The notes beneath the pieces are model-generated. The model saw nothing but the letters and a program-made list of their open reading frames with translations, ran no database searches and was not told the DNA's origin. A program made the position numbers and the translations under genes. Positions 1 through 7,159 of a DNA stretch of 12,623 nt are shown piece by piece (position 1 is the first letter of the stretch; the number at the start of each line of letters is the position of its first letter). The DNA is from a virus, in UHGV virus genome UHGV-0265509, one strand, 5' to 3'.

Positions 1-71
1 GATATCCACTGCGTGAAATCCTTTTTGCTTAGCTAACCGCCACTTAGCGAGTTGTAGCGTCCAGATTCGCA

Positions 72-269
72 TTAGGAACGAGTCTGCGATTCTGCCATCA
101 GTGCACAACTTTTTACAGCCTGTGCATGAAGCTCTGTACCGGGTGTGTAATCCTTTATACAGTCCTGATACAATTCGCGCTTTGTTTCTAGAACACGATT
201 ATCGTACTCAGCACTTGCTAGTGCTCCTGCGATAAGGATAAAAACTAGAATCGGTAACCAAATTTTCAT
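72..269 (-). CDS. small secreted/membrane-anchored protein (65 aa), paralogue of the adjacent upstream ORF
   Basis: ATG at 267-269 preceded by a strong SD (GGAGGTGGGGG); N-terminal hydrophobic signal/anchor (KIWLPILVFILIAGALASA); two Cys separated by 17 residues; ATGA overlap with the upstream gene. Confidence 0.5.
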   Translation of the reverse strand: MKIWLPILVFILIAGALASAEYDNRVLETKRELYQDCIKDYTPGTELHAQAVKSCALMAESQTRS

Positions 270-478
270 CCCCCACCTCCCATTCGTTTAGCGTAATCCG
301 TACACGCCATTACCAATTCAGCGTAGCGTGGATTATCTACCGTAGTACCTGCCATACATTCACGATAAAGAGATTCTTTACGTGATTCGTCGGAAGTCTT
401 AACGTAGAACATCAACATTGTTACAACCAGCGCAGTTGAAACAATTGCCGAGATGATATATCCGTCATTTATTTTCAT
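266..478 (-). CDS. small membrane-anchored protein (70 aa), paralogue of ORF 72..269
   Basis: ATG at 476-478; N-terminal transmembrane-like segment (YIISAIVSTALVVTMLMFYV); then ESRKESLYRECM...ACTDY, resembling ETKRELYQDCI...SCALM of the neighbour, with identical 17-residue Cys-Cys spacing. Confidence 0.5.
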   Translation of the reverse strand: MKINDGYIISAIVSTALVVTMLMFYVKTSDESRKESLYRECMAGTTVDNPRYAELVMACTDYAKRMGGGG

Positions 479-995
479 CTATAAAACACCATGGTTCTGG
501 ATAAAACTCTGTAAGCAAATCAACGTAAAAACTGCGTAAGTTTGTTAGCCTTATAACACGCCCTAACAAATCGTGTTCAGTACGGTGATAAATCACTACA
601 GAAGTTTCTGATACCCGTTTAACATGTATATGGCCCGTACTTTTAATGCTCTGATACAACCGTCCGAAATCAACTGTACCAACCGCATCTGATGAACCTG
701 TAACTGAGTACCGTATACGTGGGGTTTCATTTCCCGCTATCGATAAAAATTCCTCTGTCGCTATTGCAAAAACCTGCCCTGAAAAGGATAGGTGTGGAAT
801 TATTCGTTTACGTAAAGCACTACTTGAAATCTTAGCAAAAACCTGACGTTCCGTTAAGTGCATTAACTCACCTAATCTTTTCAGGTCTTTGTTATATTCC
901 AAAAAAGAAACTACTTTCTCGTCATGCGTAATAGGCGGCCATTCGACCGCCTTTGCCCGACGTTGCTTAAACCGACTCGCAAGTCGCGCTATCAC
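465..995 (-). CDS. hypothetical protein (176 aa)
   Basis: Long ORF in the operon frame pattern; apparent GTG start at 993-995 with GAGGA about 12 nt upstream (first in-frame ATG is far downstream); stop overlaps the next gene by 14 nt. No recognisable motifs. Confidence 0.5.
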   Translation of the reverse strand: MIARLASRFKQRRAKAVEWPPITHDEKVVSFLEYNKDLKRLGELMHLTERQVFAKISSSALRKRIIPHLSFSGQVFAIATEEFLSIAGNETPRIRYSVTGSSDAVGTVDFGRLYQSIKSTGHIHVKRVSETSVVIYHRTEHDLLGRVIRLTNLRSFYVDLLTEFYPEPWCFIDENK

Positions 996-997
996 GT

Positions 998-1690
998 TTA
1001 GTAATCCTCTTCCTGATTGACTACCGATTGGATACGCGTTGCGACTTCGCTAGTGTCCAGGTCAGTTTCGTCGACCTTATCCACAAGTTTCTGTACTTTA
1101 CGTACATGGGATTCGGTAACATCAAAACGACCACGATCGGCTAACAGCAACGTTACCATATCCTTACGCGTAACCAACAGTTCTTCTTCAGGTAGGTGTA
1201 GGGTTTTGTCTAACAGCCCAGAATGCATGAAGTTTTCCAGTAAGCGTTCTTCTCCCTGGTCAAAATCATAACGTTCGTTAGGTGCAGCAACGAAAGCGTA
1301 ACCGAAATAGTTTTCTTCTGTCTCACGTAGCGACTTGATGATTTTATCACCGTGCTGACAGAAATCACTTAACGTGTAGTCGTCAAGCGTTGCCACGATG
1401 GTTTCTGCCTGTACACCATTATCCGTTTCGTAGAGATGCGCAACCCACAGCTTCCAGTTACGTGGTTCGTCAAACAGACCACCGATTAACATATCAGTTG
1501 CTGCCATGCGCATACGCGGTGACGTTGTAAACTGGAAACCACGACCTGCGTACGGGCCGATAGGACGAATAGAGCTACCGACGAAAGTAATGCGGTTTAA
1601 CGCATTTTCAGCGATGGTGTGCGCGGTACGGTTAGCAGCTGCTTTCGGGTTATACTTTTTGTTACGAGGTTTCTTTTGTTTGGTAGCCAT
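998..1690 (-). CDS. hypothetical protein (230 aa) with a basic N-terminus and acidic C-terminus
   Basis: ATG at 1688-1690 overlapping the upstream stop (TAATG); N-terminal KQKKPRNKKYNPK basic tract, acidic C-terminal tail (VVNQEEDY). No recognisable catalytic motif. Confidence 0.55.
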   Translation of the reverse strand: MATKQKKPRNKKYNPKAAANRTAHTIAENALNRITFVGSSIRPIGPYAGRGFQFTTSPRMRMAATDMLIGGLFDEPRNWKLWVAHLYETDNGVQAETIVATLDDYTLSDFCQHGDKIIKSLRETEENYFGYAFVAAPNERYDFDQGEERLLENFMHSGLLDKTLHLPEEELLVTRKDMVTLLLADRGRFDVTESHVRKVQKLVDKVDETDLDTSEVATRIQSVVNQEEDY

Positions 1691-2172
1691 TATTTATTCT
1701 CAACTAATACTGTGTGAAATGCTTTATAAAGAGCTTGACGTGTCTCAACTAACGCAGGGCGATTAATCAAGCACATGTATCCGATTTTCCAAGACCAGTA
1801 AGAAGTGTCGTCGGTATTTAATCCGTAGTCAGGTTCAAGATATACCAAATCCGTGTACGCATCTGGTATATAAAGACGACACAAACTAAGATTCCAGAAA
1901 TTCGGTAAATCCGATTTTGCAAGTTCAGTCATAACCTGCATTGGAATCTGACTTCCAATAACGTCTGTTGCAAAAACGATATGCAGATTTCCAGGTGACT
2001 TAGAATACATACCGTGACCTTCACAACTCCACATTGTCGCCAAATGTGGATGGTCGTTGATTAGCTTACAGGTGTCACGAACTCCTTTTTCAATATAGCC
2101 GTTTTTGATTGCAAGCTGAGCACGCTCTTTAAATGACGCCAGTCTTTCTGCGTCAACAGAAAATTGAATCAT
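1690..2172 (-). CDS. hypothetical protein (160 aa)
   Basis: ATG at 2170-2172 in ATGA overlap with the upstream gene; uninterrupted ORF; function not recognisable. Confidence 0.55.
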   Translation of the reverse strand: MIQFSVDAERLASFKERAQLAIKNGYIEKGVRDTCKLINDHPHLATMWSCEGHGMYSKSPGNLHIVFATDVIGSQIPMQVMTELAKSDLPNFWNLSLCRLYIPDAYTDLVYLEPDYGLNTDDTSYWSWKIGYMCLINRPALVETRQALYKAFHTVLVENK

Positions 2173-2633
2173 GACGGATTCTTCCCTAAAATTATCTCGC
2201 GCATTTCCAGGTAGGTGTCAAACGGCACCACGGTGTCTTTGTAACGCAACGTTACGTAGGTTACGAAGTGTTGTGGTGCCAGGAAAGCACGCTTTGGCGA
2301 CCCGTCGTGGTTGTAATACTGTTTCGGACGATATTTGTTGAAAATGTCTTCACGTGGGAACAATGATTTCTGAATAACCACTTCCCAACGGTGTGGCGTT
2401 TCCAAGAGTCCAATACGGATCAGCATAGCATCTACCCACCGGCTCATGTTTTCGGTTAATACGAAACTGACGTGGTGGTGCTGTACCTCTGCTAACGCGA
2501 CTTCGGGTTCTTTATCCAGTCGCATTAATACCGCAAACAGTGGGCGATAATCAGAATCGTACAGGTCACGGAAAGCGGTTTTCTCACGCTGCTTAAACAA
2601 CTCAACAATTTCTTTAGATTCAAAACATTTCAT
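2169..2633 (-). CDS. hypothetical protein (154 aa)
   Basis: ATG at 2631-2633 preceded by AGGAGAAAAGAAA; ATGA overlap with the downstream gene; function not recognisable. Confidence 0.55.
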   Translation of the reverse strand: MKCFESKEIVELFKQREKTAFRDLYDSDYRPLFAVLMRLDKEPEVALAEVQHHHVSFVLTENMSRWVDAMLIRIGLLETPHRWEVVIQKSLFPREDIFNKYRPKQYYNHDGSPKRAFLAPQHFVTYVTLRYKDTVVPFDTYLEMREIILGKNPS

Positions 2634-2678
2634 TTTCTTTTCTCCTAATCATTAAAATAGTCGCAGTTGTAAAAAAGA

Positions 2679-3200
2679 CTACGGGTTAAAAGGTAACGGC
2701 TTGCAATCCCGCTTCTTCAACTCTTCTACTAACTCAGATAATGTACACCAACGTTTAAATTTGTTGTTGGCTTTAAAGTGACTGAGAATCTCCTCTACAC
2801 GCTCAATCGACCACTTCCCTTTACCCACGTTATCTAAATCTTTACGTAGCGAGAGCGTCTCAATGGTAAACGCTAACTCCGATGTGTCCGAGTGGTCGTA
2901 CAGTAGTCTTACTGGTGCAGATTGGTGAAGTGTAACACGCCACCCTGATTCCTTAGCCCAGTAAACATCTTTAATTCGACCACCGACGTCAATTACGGAA
3001 CTGATATAGCTCCACTCCTTTTCCAGTTTGTTCTCTTCAGCAGTTAATGCTTCTTCTAATCGTAAAGAATTAGGGGACGGAATCCACCAACCGTACTTAC
3101 CGTAATAATCATCTATTACAGTAATACCTTCGTAATACAGATATTGAGTTTTTGTATTAACGAATATTTCATCGCCAATTAAGACAGCGTTTATCTTCAT
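2679..3200 (-). CDS. hypothetical protein (173 aa)
   Basis: ATG at 3198-3200 in ATGA overlap with the upstream gene stop; uninterrupted ORF; function not recognisable. Confidence 0.55.
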   Translation of the reverse strand: MKINAVLIGDEIFVNTKTQYLYYEGITVIDDYYGKYGWWIPSPNSLRLEEALTAEENKLEKEWSYISSVIDVGGRIKDVYWAKESGWRVTLHQSAPVRLLYDHSDTSELAFTIETLSLRKDLDNVGKGKWSIERVEEILSHFKANNKFKRWCTLSELVEELKKRDCKPLPFNP

Positions 3201-3685
3201 CGTAAGTGCTTCCTGTAGAATAAGTCATACGCCTCCGATGTGGCGGTATCAATAGATCCTACTAAGGGAATAATATTCTTTTCGCTTATACCTGATGCCC
3301 AGGCCGCACGAGCAAAAGCTTGACCCGAACCCGTTGCCCAAACCGTGTTTTTATTCAGTACACGAGATTCAAATTTACCCTCTAGCAGTCCGAGCCAGTG
3401 TGTTTCCTCAGCTGTGTAAATGATAATCTGATCGTAAAACTGTTCTTTTTCGATAAGATCTTTAAATAACCCTTCAATCTTGGCTCGCTTTTCTTCAATC
3501 AAATATTTTTCTACTGCGACCATTATCGTATTTTTCCAGAGATCCGAGTCCAATACGCGTTCCCCAGTATAAACAACGAATTTGTTTTTGTACTTGTGTA
3601 ATTTAGGTGCCGCTTTAACTGTACCGCCGTAGTCAACCAACCGATCGGCTAAAATGTAATCGTTTGTTACTAAAACTGTTGTCAT
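3197..3685 (-). CDS. hypothetical protein (162 aa); possible HslV/proteasome-beta-like Ntn hydrolase
   Basis: Start taken at the internal ATG (3683-3685) preceded by GAGGTG SD and lying just downstream of a terminator, not the GTG at 3799 of the ORF track. N-terminus MTTVLVTNDY resembles HslV MTTIVSV (Thr nucleophile after Met removal); later TGSGQAFARAAWA resembles the HslV IGSGGPYAQAAARAL segment. Similarity judged by eye only. Confidence 0.4.
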   Translation of the reverse strand: MTTVLVTNDYILADRLVDYGGTVKAAPKLHKYKNKFVVYTGERVLDSDLWKNTIMVAVEKYLIEEKRAKIEGLFKDLIEKEQFYDQIIIYTAEETHWLGLLEGKFESRVLNKNTVWATGSGQAFARAAWASGISEKNIIPLVGSIDTATSEAYDLFYRKHLR

Positions 3686-3696
3686 CACACACCTCG

Positions 3697-3736
3697 AAGA
3701 AAAATAAAAGTACCCTCTCTCCGTTAGGAGAGAGGG
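3697..3736 (-). terminator. rho-independent terminator
   Basis: Perfect 10-bp stem CCCTCTCTCC / GGAGAGAGGG (3713-3722 and 3727-3736) with a 4-nt loop, followed on the transcribed (minus) strand by the U-rich tract UACUUUUAUUUUUCUU; lies directly after the stop of gene 3744..4013. Confidence 0.8.
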
Positions 3737-3743
3737 GCACTGC

Positions 3744-4013
3744 TTAAATCTTACGACTGCTACCGTAGCAGCCACGACCTGCTGTCGTTTTCGCAGCACT
3801 GACAGGTGCTAACGCAGCCATCGTACCATCGGTCTTAACAATGTGTAAGTTACTTACGCGAGCCAGACCTTTAAAGGTAATCTTCACACCCTTGCGTAAA
3901 CTCTTCACATCGTAACCGTCGAGTTTGAGTGTTTTGATTTTCTCAGGCTTACCTTCTTCGTAATAAGAAAGAACATTACCCGCACGTTTCTCAACAATGT
4001 AAATCTTAGCCAT
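3744..4013 (-). CDS. hypothetical small Lys-rich protein (89 aa), own promoter and terminator
   Basis: ATG at 4011-4013 with SD GGAG 9 nt upstream; sigma70-like promoter upstream and strong terminator immediately downstream; function not recognisable. Confidence 0.55.
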   Translation of the reverse strand: MAKIYIVEKRAGNVLSYYEEGKPEKIKTLKLDGYDVKSLRKGVKITFKGLARVSNLHIVKTDGTMAALAPVSAAKTTAGRGCYGSSRKI

Positions 4014-4036
4014 TTTAGATTACTCCATTTAGTTAA

Positions 4037-4050
4037 GTGAGAATTCTCAC
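4037..4050. promoter_or_regulatory. perfect 14-bp palindrome GTGAGAATTCTCAC, candidate operator
   Basis: Perfect palindrome located between the predicted -10 hexamer and the SD of gene 3744..4013, i.e. around the expected transcription start. Confidence 0.3.
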
Positions 4051-4058
4051 ATAGATGA

Positions 4059-4087
4059 AATATATCTTAAGTTTTTTAGACTGTCAT
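4059..4087 (-). promoter_or_regulatory. sigma70-like promoter for gene 3744..4013
   Basis: On the minus strand: -35 ATGACA (plus 4082-4087), 17-nt spacer, -10 TATATT (plus 4059-4064). Sequence-only prediction. Confidence 0.35.
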
Positions 4088-4395
4088 TAACACAACGCAA
4101 TATTAACCGACTTACCAGGTAGCGGGAAATGCTGAAGCTCTATCGATAGAAGTTTCCTGTCAATAGTCAGTATTTCATCAACGTTGGGGGTAAGGCGGAA
4201 TACAGCACGCGGTAACGTGAAAGGCACGTTTGTCGAGCAGTTATTTAACAGCAACTGATCCTGAGAATAGTCAATTTCTACCACCCTCGCAATTACCCAA
4301 CGTTCGTGAATCTCGCCGCCTAGCGGTGCAGTTAGTGCCCGTTGCAAGCGCTGTAAATTCGTTTCGTCGGTATTAGTGTGGTTTTGGCTCGACAT
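4087..4395 (-). CDS. hypothetical protein (102 aa)
   Basis: ORF-track ORF 4087..4506 begins at a GTG inside the upstream gene; the internal ATG at 4393-4395 (MSSQNH..., weak GGGG SD) gives a 23-nt overlap with the upstream gene and is the more plausible start. Function unknown. Confidence 0.4.
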   Translation of the reverse strand: MSSQNHTNTDETNLQRLQRALTAPLGGEIHERWVIARVVEIDYSQDQLLLNNCSTNVPFTLPRAVFRLTPNVDEILTIDRKLLSIELQHFPLPGKSVNIALC

Positions 4396-4690
4396 AAGTT
4401 TCCCCAAACACGTATGCGGTTCCGGCTTCATTTGTCGGTTTAGCAACACACCACATCCATGCACCGGTTTCAGGGTTTTGCCAGGACAACAGAAGAGAAC
4501 CCTCACAGATTTCAGAGGTATCGACCTCAGGGTGGAACAACATGAATTCGTTCTCGTTGTCGTCTACTACGACGAATTGACCTTCTTCCACCCTTTCGAA
4601 CTTAGCAACACCTACTACAGTTGCTGGTTCCCCAACGGTAAATACCATTTCTTGTTTTGGTAAATCACGGTGAATCGCACTTAACCACAT
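4373..4690 (-). CDS. hypothetical protein (105 aa)
   Basis: ATG at 4688-4690 preceded by GAGGAA SD 8 nt upstream; first gene after the terminator at 4744-4785; function unknown. Confidence 0.5.
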   Translation of the reverse strand: MWLSAIHRDLPKQEMVFTVGEPATVVGVAKFERVEEGQFVVVDDNENEFMLFHPEVDTSEICEGSLLLSWQNPETGAWMWCVAKPTNEAGTAYVFGETYVEPKPH

Positions 4691-4743
4691 TTAAGCTGTT
4701 CCTCAATTAATTTTGTTTACGTGTGCATAATTAGACGCGAAAG

Positions 4744-4785
4744 CGTAAAAATAAATTCTCCCTCTCTCCAAACGGAGAGAGGGAA
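4744..4785 (-). terminator. rho-independent terminator (same stem sequence as the 3713-3736 hairpin)
   Basis: 12-bp stem containing the identical CCCTCTCTCC / GGAGAGAGGG core (4760-4769 and 4774-4783), loop AAAC, followed on the minus strand by AAUUUAUUUUUACG; directly after the stop of gene 4789..5295. Confidence 0.8.
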
Positions 4786-4788
4786 GGT

Positions 4789-5295
4789 TTACAGTACGTT
4801 TTCTTCGCGATCGTCTACTAACACAGAAGTAATCACATAACGCGCTAAGCGACTACGTGCTTCTTCCGTTTCTTCTTCAGAAGGTAGCTGTTCGCCCGCA
4901 GGCGCACACAACGTTAGCCCAGACTCACGAAGCTGTTCGGCATAGTCTTCTACGGCTGTGTCGAACGTACCACGAATACCTGCTACCGCATCCATAATTT
5001 CGTCATTCGGAATAATGGATTCTTTTAGCACAGCGTGAGCATCTGTAGGCTCCACCATTTGCAGGTTCTGTTCTACCAGCAATGCCTGTTTCGCTAAGCT
5101 GTCGGTGATAAAGCAAGACAGAATCTTTTCGAAATCGTCTAACGAGAATTCGGTGTCTTCAGATGCCCCGGTAATCAATTGCCCGTAGCGATTAAAGAAT
5201 TCTTTACAACGTGTTTCGTAGTCAGCTTCTAAGTCGCGAACGCCGAGATCAAAATCGTGCTGCTCCAGCTGATTAAAATCCAGAGTCTCTTTCAT
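4789..5295 (-). CDS. strongly acidic hypothetical protein (168 aa); candidate DNA-mimic/anti-restriction protein
   Basis: ATG at 5293-5295 with SD GGAGA; by hand count roughly 39 Asp+Glu against roughly 14 Lys+Arg, including a C-terminal SEEETEEA tract; last gene of the Dam operon before the terminator. Function inferred only from composition and context. Confidence 0.55.
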   Translation of the reverse strand: MKETLDFNQLEQHDFDLGVRDLEADYETRCKEFFNRYGQLITGASEDTEFSLDDFEKILSCFITDSLAKQALLVEQNLQMVEPTDAHAVLKESIIPNDEIMDAVAGIRGTFDTAVEDYAEQLRESGLTLCAPAGEQLPSEEETEEARSRLARYVITSVLVDDREENVL

Positions 5296-5333
5296 CTCTA
5301 AGTCTCCAGTTAAGAGGTCATATTACCTGCTGG

Positions 5334-5561
5334 CTAGAGAGCCAACGTTAACCCGGTATGGGTTTGTACTGAACCAACACCATCGCGCGCTTTTGCTTTG
5401 GCGATAAGCTTGTCAATCACGCGTTGATGACTGCGGGTAATAACTTTACCCGGATAACCGATAATCAGCACGTTCTCGTCATTAATAACCGCCGAGAATT
5501 CGTTATCACCTGCGACATAAGTAATCTTTTTGTCTTTGGTTACAATACGTTTGATTTCCAT
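5334..5561 (-). CDS. hypothetical protein (75 aa)
   Basis: ATG at 5559-5561 with AGGA SD; 9 nt after the stop of the upstream gene; function unknown. Confidence 0.45.
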   Translation of the reverse strand: MEIKRIVTKDKKITYVAGDNEFSAVINDENVLIIGYPGKVITRSHQRVIDKLIAKAKARDGVGSVQTHTGLTLAL

Positions 5562-5570
5562 TCAATGTCC

Positions 5571-6344
5571 TTAAAAGATAAAATGGCCAGTTAATGCTTC
5601 TACTTCAACACCAGACATTGCTGGAGGTGCTGAGTATGGAAAAGTAAGACGCACGGTTGCACCCTTTAAATACGCAATACGGTAGTATGTGGTCAAGAGC
5701 GCAATCCCGTAAGTACAGTCGTTATAGAAGAAACCTTCGGTTGCAAACGTCTTTTCGTTGATTTTCGAATAGACTAAGATACCTTCAACTTTACCGTCTT
5801 TACGACAGCACAGCCCTTCAGCAGCCCCAATAGCTAACAATCCCAGGCAGTATGTATCTAAACTGACATTAACCACCTTAGGGATCGTAAACGTTTCTTC
5901 TAACGTTAGAGATTCAATATCAACTACATCAGGTAAATCGGTGCGAACTTCGGGTTCTTCAGTAAACGTCAGGTCATAGTCGATAGACGTCGGCTGCATA
6001 CCCAAATACACCATTAACTGGTCGCGACGTTTTAGGTCGTTGGCAGGGTATGTGACATCAAACACCTCCACTTTTAACAAACGTTTGAGTTGTGCGAAAT
6101 TAATTTTCTTCTTCGCAAACACAACGATTGCCGACATGTAGAAAAACTTACCGTCGGCACGACCGGAGAAGATTCCTTGTAGCTGATTCGTGTTCGAAAG
6201 AATGATAAAGGTCGGATCTTCAGACTCGCGAATGACGTCCTTTTCCAGTAACCCTTTCCGTACACGGGTTAGTGAAACCATTTTCCCGTCGACACCAATT
6301 GCTAAATGGTCATTACGATAATCGTGAATATCCACTATGCGCAT
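5571..6344 (-). CDS. hypothetical protein (257 aa), translationally coupled to Dam
   Basis: ATG at 6342-6344 shares one base with the dam stop codon (TAATG at 6342-6346); uninterrupted 257-codon ORF; no recognisable motif. Confidence 0.6.
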   Translation of the reverse strand: MRIVDIHDYRNDHLAIGVDGKMVSLTRVRKGLLEKDVIRESEDPTFIILSNTNQLQGIFSGRADGKFFYMSAIVVFAKKKINFAQLKRLLKVEVFDVTYPANDLKRRDQLMVYLGMQPTSIDYDLTFTEEPEVRTDLPDVVDIESLTLEETFTIPKVVNVSLDTYCLGLLAIGAAEGLCCRKDGKVEGILVYSKINEKTFATEGFFYNDCTYGIALLTTYYRIAYLKGATVRLTFPYSAPPAMSGVEVEALTGHFIF

Positions 6345-7159
6345 TAGAGCACTCCCAGTAATTCAGTCACCGTTTTCCGAGCAGCGCCAGACGCACCCAT
6401 ATAGCGACCGACCTCAATACTGCGCCACTCAAAACCGTAATAAATTTCTCGGGTGAGCAGGGTGTCTGCATTTGACAACACGACACTGTTGCCACGTTCC
6501 ACCTGCTGCTGTAGTAACTTGGCTAATTCTCGATGATCCGTTTGTGAGAATTCTTTACGGTGGTATTGCGCATGTTTCGCGGTATCCGATAACGGAATAT
6601 ACGGAGGATCAGCATAAATCACAGCATCCTCAGGCGTCCGCGCTAATACGGAACGAAAGTCTTCACAAACAATTTCCAGATAATCAACTTCTGCGCAACG
6701 TTTAGCCCAATCCCGAATTTCTTCTAACGGATAATAAACCCCATTCGGGTAACGTCCAAACGGAACATTGAACCCACCGCTACCGTTATAACGACACATC
6801 CCGTTATAACCGTGACGCATTAAGTATAAAAACATCGCTGCCCGTTCAACTTCTGACATTGTTTTACCGCTATTAAACAGCTCACGACGCTCCATATACT
6901 TTACAGTGGTATTACCGTCTAAGAACAACGGCTGCGACGCAGCGATCAGTTCTTCAGGCTGTTCACGCGCAACGCAAAGTAAGCGTATCAAATCAGGGTT
7001 AGAATCCGATAAAATATACCGGCTGTAATTCGTATTTAGGAAAACAGACCCTGCACCCACAAACGGTTCTACAAAGGTTGTACGTTTAGGTAAGACCTTT
7101 TGTAATTCCCCTAAAACACGTGTTTTCCCACCCATCCACTTAATAATTGGTTTCCGCAT
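6344..7159 (-). CDS. dam: DNA adenine methyltransferase, Dam family (GATC N6-adenine MTase)
   Basis: 271 aa, near-colinear with E. coli Dam by eye: N-terminal KWMGGK (Dam KWAGGK), AdoMet-binding FVEPFVGAGSVFLNT, LYLMRHGYNGMCRYN...FNVPFGRY, catalytic DPPY, C-terminal RKTVTELL. ATG at 7157-7159. Confidence 0.9.
   Translation of the reverse strand: MRKPIIKWMGGKTRVLGELQKVLPKRTTFVEPFVGAGSVFLNTNYSRYILSDSNPDLIRLLCVAREQPEELIAASQPLFLDGNTTVKYMERRELFNSGKTMSEVERAAMFLYLMRHGYNGMCRYNGSGGFNVPFGRYPNGVYYPLEEIRDWAKRCAEVDYLEIVCEDFRSVLARTPEDAVIYADPPYIPLSDTAKHAQYHRKEFSQTDHRELAKLLQQQVERGNSVVLSNADTLLTREIYYGFEWRSIEVGRYMGASGAARKTVTELLGVL

Noticed and set aside
1017-1766. Plus-strand ORFs 1017..1271 and 1506..1766
   Set aside because: Fully embedded antisense to the well-supported minus-strand genes 998..1690 and 1690..2172; Ser/Arg-rich composition; no SD.
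3686-3799. N-terminal extension of ORF 3197..3799 (GTG start at 3799)
   Set aside because: The extension would run through the terminator hairpin and overlap gene 3744..4013; the internal ATG at 3685 has a good SD and gives an N-terminal MTT.
4037-4050. EcoRI site (GAATTC) at the centre of the palindrome, as a possible restriction-modification signal
   Set aside because: A single 6-bp site carries no information by itself; the extended 14-bp palindrome in a promoter context is better explained as an operator.
4396-4506. N-terminal extension of ORF 4087..4506 (GTG start)
   Set aside because: Would overlap most of the C-terminal third of gene 4373..4690; the internal ATG at 4395 is more parsimonious, though this gene remains low confidence.
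4376-4663. Plus-strand ORF (95 aa) antisense to gene 4373..4690
   Set aside because: Antisense shadow ORF of a gene with a good SD and operon context; no independent signals.
6074-6265. Minus-strand 63-aa ORF nested out of frame inside gene 5571..6344
   Set aside because: Out-of-frame overlap with a longer, translationally coupled ORF; Arg/Ser-rich junk-like composition.
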